Of a DNA stretch of 64,000 nucleotides, positions 50,131 to 62,569 are shown piece after piece. Every line of letters begins with the position of its first letter. Position 1 is the stretch's first letter. The translations under genes and the position numbers were made by a program. Below the pieces are notes generated by a model, which worked only from the letters and a program-made list of their open reading frames with translations, did no database searches and was not told the origin of the DNA. Origin of the DNA: Iphione sp. A-MEVVRFRX5 (taxonomy: Eukaryota); assembly GCA_976226885.1 (NCBI GenBank), contig OZ320314.1, forward strand, positions 58,962,001 to 59,026,000, in the 5' to 3' direction.

Positions 50131-52899
50131 TGCTTGGTTTCTCACAGCTGCTCCTCATCCCTTGTAAATGCTCCGCGGTAGTTAAGGCTTGTACCAGTTG
50201 ATAAGGGAAGTGGTTTGGTTGAAGGATGTTTCCTAGAAAACACAACAGTCAAGGCTCCAGACTCACCTCTTTCTCCACCAGTCGTACTTGAGGCCAAGCT
50301 GCCATCATTCTAATAAGTAATCATAGGTGCAGTGAGGTCTAACTCGAGAAGCAACAGCAACACCAGGAAGTCAAATGATAAGGCAATTAGGAATACCAGA
50401 GTATCAAATAATGAAGCCCCACGAATGCTGCCAAATCCGATGATGAAGGCCAGAAAAAAATTAAAACAATTTTTTTATAAATGGCACTTGCAATATTTTT
50501 ATTCAGAGAAATAAATACATGGGATGTGCGGTGCCTGTTTTTTTATTTTTGGGGTTAGTGGATGAACAATTGTCGTTTTTACATTATTACACTCAATAAA
50601 CCATTGGAAATACAGGAATAATGAGGATTTTATTAATATGAAAAAGAACACAAAACAAGATGATACAAAGCCTTATAATACAGGCCATAAGTATAAAACT
50701 CTAACCTAATCGTAGTTGGTTTTGACTGTAGATAGAAAGAAATAGCACCAGGAATACCACTAAGTCATAAGGAATCACCAATAAAACCAGTCGTCACCAG
50801 GAATACTGCGAAGTTAAATTAGTAATGAAGAAGAATTGAGGAGATTTAAATACCACTTCCACTCTTTTTTTCCTGGAATCATACGGTCTGTACAATGTGC
50901 ATGTATATCTGTGCTTTCACAATGAATATATTTTTCCGGTAATTAAGGGGAGATCTAATTTTTCATGGCCTTGGTCGTATTTAAGTATTGAAGAAGTGTA
51001 TTTTTTTCTTATATATATATATATATACACTAGACAATAAATGCAGACGGAATTGGGAAGCCACGGGAAACATACAGCTTCATTATTCAGTTAATATTCT
51101 TCATTGTTAGCTGCGAAATAGAGTCATTGCCTCGTGCGCTGTTTTAACTGGTCATTTGTCACAAGCACCGTCTTCGTCAGGACTGAGATCTATACTTATT
51201 TTGGTAATTATACCTCACATTTGTGCTAGAACCTGACGGCAGATGTTTGCTAAAATCAGACAAGTCTGTCGGTTCCAGGAAGAACTTGTTGACTGACTGC
51301 GGAGGTCGTGCGTGAGGACCACTTATTGCTGCTCTGAATGGCTGACATACGTTTGTGACACGAGGAATAGTGAACGACACCCTCTGCAAACACATTTGAA
51401 CGAAGCATCGGCTGTTTATCGAGCAGTGTCAGGCTCTTGATTAACTCTCTAATACTTAGCACCAGTCAGCATTTACAAGTCCTGTTATTAACGTCTTCTC
51501 GTGAACCAGTCAAAATTGACGTAAAGCACACATTTCTGCTTTCGTGTCTGGCAGATTTATATGTACAATAGTACCTCACACCGTGGATAATTGAACTCAG
51601 AGGCCAGCTTCGGTTTGAGGGCATACAGGTATTTGGTGATTCAAGGACATTATTATACATACGAAAATTAATGGTCTGTTACGGCCTCGTGTTCGCATTG
51701 GAGGCTTTGTGATACGTATGGGCTGGGTAAGGAGGTTGTGATGGAAGGGCAGGCTCCTACTAGTTTGCTCCATTATGTAAGAATATGCATTTTTTTTTAT
51801 AAAGTGTCACCAAGCGGCATCATACGTAAGACGCACACTGTCCACGAAATAGGGAATTCTCTACACAGCAGTTACATGTAATGACATTTGTCATGAAAAC
51901 GATTCAGATACAATTTGAATCATGTGTAACATACCCGGGAATTCATGTTAGTGAACAAGGTGCCCTCTGTTGGTGAAGTGATCACCCCAGAGAGCCACCC
52001 CTCCCCCGCCCCTTCTATGGCAGCTCCACTGTATCAGTAATGGTCATAGATTATATGGACAAATTAAGTATGCCTACTAATACGGAACAGATCAAAGGCT
52101 GTAGGAAAACATACTCATGTACAGTAGACACGCGAATGTAGACTGAATTCATGATTGACGCACACATTACAGGACAGACACCTTTTTCGCCGTCGATATA
52201 AAAGAGCCCACTCCTTGACATCCCTTATCAGTCATGAGCATAGTACTGCCCTGAAAGTTTCCTACTTGATATAAATTAGTGACCTCTTTGGTGTATTTGT
52301 TCATGCATTGATACCATGTCCATTTTTACTGTTATGTTCAAAAATGAATTTCTGGTTACGTACCTCGTTGTAATAACGGGGGGGGGGGTGTTGTCGTCAC
52401 TGCACAGCTGATAACGTCCACCAAGAATTTAAATCTGTAATAGCGCTTAAAGAATGAGCAAATAACACTTTACCAAATATTTATCAACCTGCAGTGTATA
52501 ATGTTTAGTGCTGAATTCAGAAAGCAAATATCGATTCGCGCTATATTAAAATTGCCAATAACGCTTCACCAGAATAGTTGACTCTCCCTGTAATAATGAT
52601 CTGAATCTTAAACGCTCTCTGCATAAAAAGAGAAGAGTTGGGGTTTAGATAACAATCATGTAGGGAAGCAAGCACTAATATTGGAGTCCTGTGGCCTCTC
52701 CGGACTGGGCGCCTGGCCTTTAGCACTTGACAGCTGGGCCTCCAGAAAGTTAAGGGTTTCCTGTCAGTTTACTAGGCCGATGTGAGTATTTATTTACCCA
52801 ACTCTGACCCCGAATGCACTGCTCACTGTCTCTTGAGTCGACTCGTCCGACTGGGCGATGATTGAGGTGCATCGCTCGAACTACTGTGCCGCGTGTCTG

Positions 52900-52934
<35 letters not shown>

Positions 52935-53587
52935 ATCTGTCAGTTTGTGTCTATGTACATATCTGGCGCTGTGCTGCTTCGGGTGTTTTCCGTTTACTGC
53001 TGTTAGAATGGATCTCAGTCTCTGTCGGTCTTTTCATTCTCCTCTTCACTGCATTGCCTCTCGCTGTCTTTCACTTCCTCTGCCTTCTGTAACTATCCTT
53101 ATGCCTCTTCCTGTGTCCCATTCGGTTGAACTCCCGTCCCACAATTCTTTAAACCCCTTATACGGTTCATTTTAATAGATGTGTGTGTTCTGAACCGGGC
53201 CTACCTCCCTCATCTCAGTCTCACGTCCCTTGTTTTTTTTACAGAGTTGAAATCAATTCAGTGAAGGTAATGACCTGTTTATGAACACGTAATGACATGT
53301 ATGTATAGGACTATAGTTACGTCCGTGTGGTGAAGCCTGAATTTAATATTTGAAAAGCTTAGATTAGATTTGGATGATTAGAAAACTATAGACTTGAAAT
53401 GTTTTTTCCCCAGTATATCCTATGGAAAACGCACTGATATTTGGATTTTTGTTGCTGTAAAGAGTACCGTAGGGATTGTTTTTGTGTTTATCGTATGAAG
53501 AATCTGGACAAACTGATGCACCTCAACGAAGAACAAATTAGATGTGTGATTTGAATACTTTATCTGAGTGTATCTTCTCTTTTTCAG

Positions 53588-53647
53588 GAAATTGGTTAAA
53601 AACTACAGCTACCAATCGTCGAAAAAGAAAAACGATGACGGCTTACA
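53588..53647 (+). CDS. FNBP1L: F-BAR gene exon 3 ((K)KLVKNYSYQSSKKKNDDGL(Q))
   Basis: tctcttttttcag| acceptor and |gtaagt donor; 60 nt, phase 2/2, matching exon 2. Aligns to Cip4 RRLVKNYQPKKKEEED. Confidence 0.88.
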
Positions 53648-56600
53648 GTAAGTGAATCTTTCTTACGGGCATCGGCGCTCACCAAGTGCCTGTTTGTTAT
53701 GACTTCTTGTATTTTTCTTATTCTCTCTTTAGCAGGATAAAATTCACTCTCAATGTAGAACCGTGTTAAAATGATTGATGGAAGGACACTAATTCTTCCG
53801 TAAGGTAAAGGTTAAAGCAGGGGCCCGTTGCCAAACACAACTCATTTTCTGCTTCATTTTGGTATGTATGATTTTAAAGCTATGCTAGCTGTGTAACGTT
53901 TAGTGGACTTACTGCTAAATATACCTGGTCGTATGTTTTCTCAGGTTAATTGAACCAGAGGTGGCAAGCTGGCAGTATTTAAATGAAATATCTTAGGCAA
54001 CAGACGGCGCGTCTCGAGAGGCTGCGCAGGAAGTCGCTGATGTGCTTTTAGCTTATGACCCCCTAGGTGGGGGGCACAACCGTGGCCCTACTGACCACAG
54101 AGCTGGGACATTGTGTAGTCCTGATCATTAGGGACTAAATTACTACTGGGATTTTAGGGAAGAGAAAGTTACAGTCAGTAAATGCTTCATCACTAATTAG
54201 TGGCTTTCCATATAAATCGTTGGTGTGCATACTCCATGAAAGCCCTTTGACGTGGAATGTGAATCTCCTCCTCCCACACAAGACATCAATCAGGAAGAAG
54301 GAAAAGTTGATGGTAAAAGACTAATAAGATAGAGAGGATGTTGGGGGTGGGGGGTAAGAATAGCGATGGAATCGAATGGTCTCAGTCCTTATTCCTTGCT
54401 CTACACGCACATGTGATGTTTTGTTTGATTTATTTGTTGTTAATGTTATATAACATTATTATATATCCAAGTACAGTTGTACTTTTCATCAGGTTTTTCC
54501 TTACATCGTCACCATAGTTCATGAAGAAAAACGAGATAACAAATCCGTCACACAAAATCCAAATCAGACTGGTTTTGAACAGAATCGTGTTCTCTGTCCA
54601 CTTGTATTGCATTTACCAGCTCCCATATAGTCACCGACTTACAGGCAAGGTGGCAGACCACGCCAACCCCCCTGACAAAATGGAGCTGCACACCGCCCAA
54701 CTCCCTTGCGTACTACTTCCTCTGATTAAAGCCGCCAGGTGTTTGGGGGGGGGGGGGGTTGCATTGAAGGTTCATACTTCAAGACCGAGTATTCCCTCTC
54801 GCGCGCCCCAAGTACTGGACCAACCCACCAAAGGCCCTGGTTGGCAGCAAGCTTTCGAGGAGCTTAATTGGGTAAGACCAGCTAACACACCCAAACAGCT
54901 ATTGTAGGGGCAGATATTTAGGAATCCGTGTGAACGTTTGTGTCCATGCGCGCGTGTGTGCGTACATGCAACCATACATTATATAATGCATGACCTTCGC
55001 CGGGCAGCTCGGACACTAGTGCGTGATCTGCAGATGTATATATGAGGTTCCAATGACATCCTAATGAGAATTGAAATTCGTGAAGGACCTTGACGGAAAA
55101 CAGGGATGAGGCTACTGTTGGGAGTTTCTTTGTCAAGGATCATCATGGTAGAGATCAACTCAGCTATGTAAAGTTCCTTGCTTGGGGACTTTTGTTGACT
55201 ATATCGTGGATAGTGATCAGATAAAGTGACAAAGCGATTTTTCCTGTACAAGATAGAAGATGGCGGACACTTTCTATCCTGAGTGGCTACACGGTCGAAA
55301 ATGTAGTGCTGTGTTTGTCGGCATCATTTACCCATGCACAAATATGTCTGTCTCTCTTTGTGTCTGTCTTTCTCACTCTGACGCACGTACACCCGCACAC
55401 ACAGCAACACGGACGCTGACCCCTATCATTAGAAACTAACCATTGGTGATCAGGATATTGCGTAATAGGAGGACAGCTATAATGTATTCATGCCACTTTT
55501 TATCTAACGTCCACTGTACTCGCTAAACCACCACTAAACCTTAGTCTAAAAGGCCTGAAGTGAAGGTTCTTACAGATCGTTTTTTTCTTGTTGGGAGTTA
55601 CCTGGCAAATAACGTTTCAAAGAGGACAGTGCATATTTTGGAGTGTTTTCTTCACTGGTGTTGCAACATAGCTGCTTTGAAGTTGAACAACAGGCCAGCA
55701 GCCAGTGTACAGCTGACCCCCCACAAGCTAAGTCCCTCCCCATTCCTTCAGTGCATGTGTACTTGCTTTGTCGGTCTGCACCTTACCGTATTCCTCGCTA
55801 CTGAGGTATATAGTTTTCATATTTTCGGCACAAACTTTACTTGGTCGAAGTCACAGAGCTGCAGTTAAAACGTTGGGGGAAGGTGTTCTAAACAGCACCA
55901 GTGGTACTTGGGTATTGGTGGCTGGGTGTATATGTAGGAAAACGAACACACAAACACACACACGCGAGTGAATCATACACACGTTCTCACACCCTATCCA
56001 CATGTACAGCATCTACCTGAACATACACCCAGGTGCAGGTCTGCTGGTGTTGCTCCAGGGTGTGTCTGGGATCAATTACTGCGGTGTAATGGAGCAGGTT
56101 GTAATGATCACTGGCCTCCAGACTGTTAATTAAGTGAGTGGAGGGACCTCGAGGTCCCAACCCGAGTTCTCGGACCCACCTTTCTGGCCCACCTCATGCG
56201 TTTTATACTGTTTAAATGAGCAATACAGTAGCTCTTCAAATAGAATATGGAATGTGTCAGTTTGATCAGCCTTCAGGCTAGAACACATCGCATGCGGCCT
56301 GCAAATCAAAATATGTTTACTCAGGTTCCTTTGGTCGGAATTGACTTGTAAGCTTCCACCAAACGCAGCTCAGCCCAGATTAGAGTAATGTTGCTCCCTC
56401 AGCATGACTGGTGGTCCAGTTCAATTCAATTTTCGCGTTCATCTTTTTTTTTTGAGATTGTCCAGAAGTCCTACATATCCAGGTGTTCATAAATTCGCAA
56501 AGATTCTCGTCATCGTTGTACTCCTTTGTATACTGACTACGTAAGATACGCAGTAACTCGTAGTCATACACTGTCATATTGCAAACCCCGTGATTCTGTA

Positions 56601-59600
56601 AATATACAGAACTTAGGTGATTCCATCGATCTATAACATTGGAACTGTCCGTACATGGCGTTATGGTCACTTTAAGACTCAATCGAGATCAGTGTACTTT
56701 CACGGATAGAGCCTTGATCGTATCTCCAAAATAGTCGCTGCTAACGTTTCATTTAAAAAGTTAAAAAAAAAACGATTTGCCCAGTGGAAACATTCCCGTG
56801 TTTCTCCTGTGACCCGCGACATATGTTGTAAATGCCCTCAGTGTATGCCTTAAACTATAGTGTATACGCCATATACGTGTAGATATAAACCTAATTCTGG
56901 CTGACTGCCAGCTAATCCATATAAGTTGGCTGACACATCTATGTATATTTATCAAATCTTATTCCTATTCCTACCTTAGCCATGATGGAGTGTAACCAGA
57001 CCAGGCCTGCCACTTGAAGTCCTAGAGTGGCGAATGACTTAACAAATGGTAAAGGTCCTTCGGTGATGGGGAGCCCTGCTGAGCTTAAGTCTGTAGATAA
57101 AGAATGTATAATTTATATTTTCAAAATACATTATCTTTCATTGTGGGCAAGTGACATAAACATTAAGCCAATTTGCAATTGTTAGTGCTGCTGGTGATCA
57201 GAAAAATGAAGTGAACGTGTTATTTGTGCTGTATTTCACAGAATTTCGCTCGTTTATGAATAGTCCTAACTAGAATGCGTGACGTGTATTGCGTTTAGAA
57301 TCTGTCATCTGCACTGAAGGGAAATGGTAGGACCAGTCTCTATGCAAAGTCAACAGGAAACATCATGCCAAGTCTCGTAGGCTGACAACGACTGGCGTGA
57401 TCTTCCGTGGTCTAAACCAGAGAGGAGACCGGTAATGTCGCCGACCGAATTTATGTTGGGAATGCTGGCAATGGGGCGGGAGACGGGCATGGTGGTTCTC
57501 TCAGGCTACAGGTAGACATGCTAACTACGAGACTGAGACGTAAACCATTAGTACACAGGGTCTGATATCCCGGTCAATTAGAGACTGCAGAGCCAGGGCA
57601 TTCGTCCCTCCATGGAATGGAAGGGGAAGATCCCACGAGCCATTTTTTGAAGAACTGATGGGTTTCAGTCTCTCTTTCTTGGACTTTGGATTCTCCACCA
57701 GTTATCATGGCAAATATAAATGTTTCGAACAGCCACGGCCTGAACTTGGGTCCTCTGATTTTACAGGCAGACATGGTAATGCGGACCAACGATCAAGTGT
57801 TTTTTTTTTCTAATTCAGCTTGTAACCAGAGTAGGGCTGTGTTGGGCGCGGACACAGAACGGTGGTAAAATGACCATTTCTGTGGTGCGAAAAAAAGTTA
57901 CATTTGTAATGGAAGAAGCCCATAGTGACACGAAACGAAGGCCAATCCGAGGCTGTGAAGTGTGACATGGCATTGATGTACATAATGTTAATGGTCTAGG
58001 TTAACAACAATATTTCGTAAGCACGAGGCTTCTGATGTCTCGAAACTCATGTGTGATTGGTGTTCTCTGTGTGTTCTCACATCATATTTCCAAACAGCAT
58101 AAACAGTTGAGAGTTTGGCATAATTGTAGATAGATTTAGTCTGTATATTATCTAATATTTGGTGTATGTCAATTTTCAAGCGCCCTTGTACATTGCAGAA
58201 CTTGACTTTTATTATATATATATTCATGCTTCTGGTGGTATTTTTTCAATGAACAATTTTTAAAAAATTATCTGTTCCTTGACGTAGAGAGACAATGTGC
58301 AGTAAGCTCCATATCCGTCAGAATATCTATGTGTTCGCAACTTAGAATCTACTGATGTTTTATCAGTTGCACTTCACAGCTTGATCATTTACCTGACCTA
58401 GATGTGCAGCACGAAATGTGAATTGACACAGGCACTATAATTGTCGTTTTTTTTTCTATCTAGCATGAAAGAGCATGTTGTATAAAATCTGAGCGCCATG
58501 AACCAACAGGCACTGGACCGATTGACGCTCTGCTGCGACCATTTTTTGTATAGCTGCTATTTTGTAGTTATACACGTAGTTATGAATGTGGATGGGCGAC
58601 TGAAAGAAGAGGTGGCAGACAGTGCGAGTTTAGTGCATTAAACTTGATGAATCAATGAAGAATATCAGCAAAAAATAGCCACGCTTATTCATAAAGTGTT
58701 CAATGATGTAGGTCCGCCAAAAGTTAAAAGTAATAAGAGGTTTTTTTTTTGACCAGTTTGATGTTCAGTCGCTACCTCGGTCTGTCATGGATTCCATTTG
58801 AATTGTCCACTCTTAGACTTACAGTGCCACATCTGTGATCCTTGAGCCCAACCCACCGCGTAACCTAAACATGCCCCTTCTTGGACTAACAGCTGCCCCA
58901 GTCACCTGGCCATGGAGGCCCTTACCCACCCCCTGAGCCTGCCACACATCCCTGCTTGTAGACCAAAACAACCACCAACCTACTTCCCAACATGTGAAGT
59001 ACCAACCCAAATCCGTCCAATGACCCCACACAGGCAGTCCTACATCGAAAAGAATCGAAAGTTTTGTGTGGTTTGTAGACTCTTTGCCCCCATCAAACAG
59101 GGTCCTTGGCCACACCCACAGACAGACAGGCAGACAGACAACTCTTCCCTTACGTCCATAGGTTGGCAGATCTGCATGTTTTTATGCACACTAAGATAGG
59201 CATACAGAGGCAGATGCTTTTGCTTATACATGTGCACCTAAGGAGCAAGCGTGCACACACAGTGTATACGCACACAGACGGATAGATAAACAAAAAATGA
59301 GGTAGATACTTACAGGCTTACTCTTTGTGCGTCCCTTTCAATCTGTGTAGCAATTGTGTCCCCCTCCCACTCCTGCACATTCCTCTCTTTTCCATTCATA
59401 ACCACTGCCGCGAGGTAAGTTATGTCCTTGAGCTGTATTTGAAGTAGCCTCTCCCAAGGCCCTCTTCTGGGCAGGTTTCCATCACATCTGAGGACCACCA
59501 GCTGTTCTGACCGTGCACCTGAAGGTACTAACGATGGCGGGAGGAACACCCTCAAACGAGCATCCAACACCTCTTTATACTACCGCTCGTTTTTTTCAGA

Positions 59601-61420
59601 TACTTCAATTAGCTGCTCTTTTATCACTGTGTATGTCCTGGGCAGAACCGTGAGGCCTGTGCAGTGCACGAAAATATTGGAGTATAGTCGTAGCTTAATA
59701 TGGCAATCAGTTCTCATTTTGTTAGGTTTATTTGAACTTCAAAATTGTCGCTGATGACGCCTGAAACCGGAGCAAAATAATTCAACCAATAGGTAGATAC
59801 AAATACAACACGTACTCGTTTTTGTGCAAGTTATCTGGTACTTATTGTTATTGTGGGGTCACAGTTCACCAGTGTACTTTATATCAATGCAGCCGAGAAA
59901 TTTTGTCAGGTACGTTACTACAAGGAATTCCCAGACTAATGTTTCTTTCTTTCTTTCTTGGCCAGTCTTTGCTGATTTTGTAGCTGTGCTGTGCTCCCAA
60001 GCTGAGACTGAGTGTTGACGTCTAAGAGATCCACTTAGCTAATACATACATGTACATCACAGGGGACGAAACTACAGTTGATTTGGAGAGACATCATTTC
60101 CTCTGTTCCTCCGTGGAACGTACTAATCAATATCTTACCACAAGAATAACAGTCCTTAATACCTCAAATGCGCTTACTGTATCTTAAGCAGACGATCGCA
60201 ACTGTCGAAAGGCCTTCATTAGGTGGAAGTGACAGTAAGATTGACTTCGAGGCATCACCCAGGTTGTGAAATATGCTATCAAAGCGCATTTGGAAATAAG
60301 GTTTAGCCCAGTCTACTTAGGTCCGAATGCCTACACATGAGCCGAAGATAAATGTGATTACCTACGTGTAGGGCTTAGTGCCAAGCCGTACGGTACTACA
60401 TTGCAAGTAAAGGACCATCTTACTTGATCGTAACTCTACCTCGCTGCTTCTCCACCAGAGTGCAGCAGGTGATATAGCGTCCCCGCCAAGCAGCTCACAC
60501 ATGCGCATTCAGTTCGCGTCACCCCTTCGAGCGGCTCACACGCAGATAAGTACATTTCGATTACTTTTTGCCTTTTCTTGCGCATTTACATACGCTATTG
60601 CTACGCTAATCGATCACAACGTACGCAAAGTCGAACCTTTTCATGTATTTGACGTGTTTTTGGCGTGTTATTACGCTATCGGGTCGAATATTCGACTTTT
60701 ACGTGTGTGAGCGTACGAATTCTAACGGTTTTCGCGTGTAACGAGAGTCAAGCCACGTGCGCTAACGGCATACGCTATTGTTACGCAAAGTCGTTAACAT
60801 ATGCTAATTCCAGGTGATTTACCTCTATAAATCCCTGAATAAGAGAGCACTAACCTGATCTCATTGTTATTTACCCCGAATTTATTGTAAAGAGAGCTTT
60901 TCCGACCTGATTTTGTTGTAAAGAGAGCCACTTGACCTGCATTCATTGTAAATCTCACTAAATCACTTGAATTGGAGAGCCAACTGCCCTGTAAAGGTTG
61001 TAAACTCCCTAACAACAACCCTTATCTATTGTAAGCAAGAAACTTCAAGAGAACATTACTGCCTTTACTTTTTAAATACAGTGGGTTAAACTCGAGCCTT
61101 TTGTGCTACTGTAAGGCCTTTGTGCCACACTCCACACTTTCATAACAAGTGCGCTTAGTAGTGCTCCTGTCACCGACGCACATATCTTATACAAAGAGCG
61201 CTTGTGTGTGGAAAGCGCAGAACCCATCCAGTGTTCGCAGGCTTTCACCCGCCGTGGGTTAGAACCTGGCAGACGCACCCCTGACCTAGATCAGTTGCGA
61301 GTGCGGGTATACCAACGAGTCTCCCGGCTTCTAGTCGTTGAGAAGACGGTGTGGATTACCCTTACAGAGGTGGTTAGCCTGGTCACTGCTCATCTCTCTC
61401 TCCCCCTCTCTCCCACTACA

Positions 61421-62569
61421 ATGGCATCCCCTCAACCTCCACAGGATCGGACAGAAGAACCCGCACCAAAAAGGAAAGGTAATTCAAAAGCCAACGCGGA
61501 GAAGGGCAAGCAACCTGAACCGAGGACAACCCGTGCGAACCAGGATGCACCTGCTGTCCTGGACGCGATAATCGCCTTGAATGAGACGATGACAGGGTTC
61601 AGGACAGACATGGCCGGATTCCACGATGACTTCAGAGGAAACTTCGATTCCCTCACAGATGCAATCAATTCGGGCTTCGAAGGACTGTACGAGGAAGAGA
61701 CGGAGGAACCGACATCGGCGGCAGACACCAATCCCACGCAGGAAGAAGCCTCTTCCTCGGCCGCTTTGATGAACACACTCTTCCAAGAGGACAACTCTGA
61801 ACATCCTATCTCAGAGGACTCGGACGATGATGTCTTCACGGAGTATAAACAAGAGTATTACTCCACGGAGCGCAAGGGACCCGCGATAAAGAAAGACGTG
61901 GCCGAGTTTGTCGACGAGCACCAACTTAAGGTGTGGAAGGATGACGAGGTACAACCCATGCGAGCCCTCTACCTGCCTCCGGTCAACTGTGAGAGTCTGC
62001 AGGTCACGAAAGTGAATGAGGCGATCTGGCCGACGCTGTCCAAGCCCTTCAAGTCGAGGGAGAAAGCGCTACAGAAGGCCCAGAGCATTCTCCGAGTCGG
62101 ACAGGCAGCCCTCACCCAGGGAGCGACCATTGTTCTAGAACAAGCGCAAAGAAACAAAGAAGTAAAGAAGGCAGTGAAACCCCTTCTAGATGCGATCGCC
62201 CTGATAGGAGCGTCCAACGCGGAGACAATCAAGGCAAGGCGCACGGACGTCCAGTTCGCCCTGAAACCCGAGTACCGCAGGCTGGCCTCAGACGAACACC
62301 CGCCGTCACATAAACACCTCTTCGGAGACAACCTCGAAACATCTCTGAAGTCCCTAGAGGCTGTGAACAAACTGACGACGAAGGTCGACAGGTCCCGTGG
62401 TCGTGGACAACGAGGCAGAGGACGCGGGAAGAGAGGCGGACGAGGGCGAGGCCGGTTTCACCCTTTTCAACGCCCCACGTTTAGGCACGACTACCGCCAC
62501 GGCTACAACAAACAGAACCAGCAGTCAGCCGACAAGCCGGATTTTCAGGTGAGACAGGCGAAGAAATAG
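61421..62569 (+). CDS. DIRS family B gag-like ORF1 (ATG 61421)
   Basis: YLPPVNCESLQVTKVNEAIW..REKALQKAQ..LFGDNL and an RGRG-rich tail, typical of DIRS1 ORF1. Confidence 0.88.
   Translation: MASPQPPQDRTEEPAPKRKGNSKANAEKGKQPEPRTTRANQDAPAVLDAIIALNETMTGFRTDMAGFHDDFRGNFDSLTDAINSGFEGLYEEETEEPTSAADTNPTQEEASSSAALMNTLFQEDNSEHPISEDSDDDVFTEYKQEYYSTERKGPAIKKDVAEFVDEHQLKVWKDDEVQPMRALYLPPVNCESLQVTKVNEAIWPTLSKPFKSREKALQKAQSILRVGQAALTQGATIVLEQAQRNKEVKKAVKPLLDAIALIGASNAETIKARRTDVQFALKPEYRRLASDEHPPSHKHLFGDNLETSLKSLEAVNKLTTKVDRSRGRGQRGRGRGKRGGRGRGRFHPFQRPTFRHDYRHGYNKQNQQSADKPDFQVRQAKK

Noticed and set aside
50250-50860. Hydrophobic minus-strand reading with a gtgagt donor and repeated caccaggaa
   Set aside because: Interrupted by stops and no family match; cannot support an exon.
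54990-55030. FAGQL peptide as a candidate F-BAR exon 4 (YAGQHE motif)
   Set aside because: No acceptor in phase, an immediate stop, and the flanking residues do not align.
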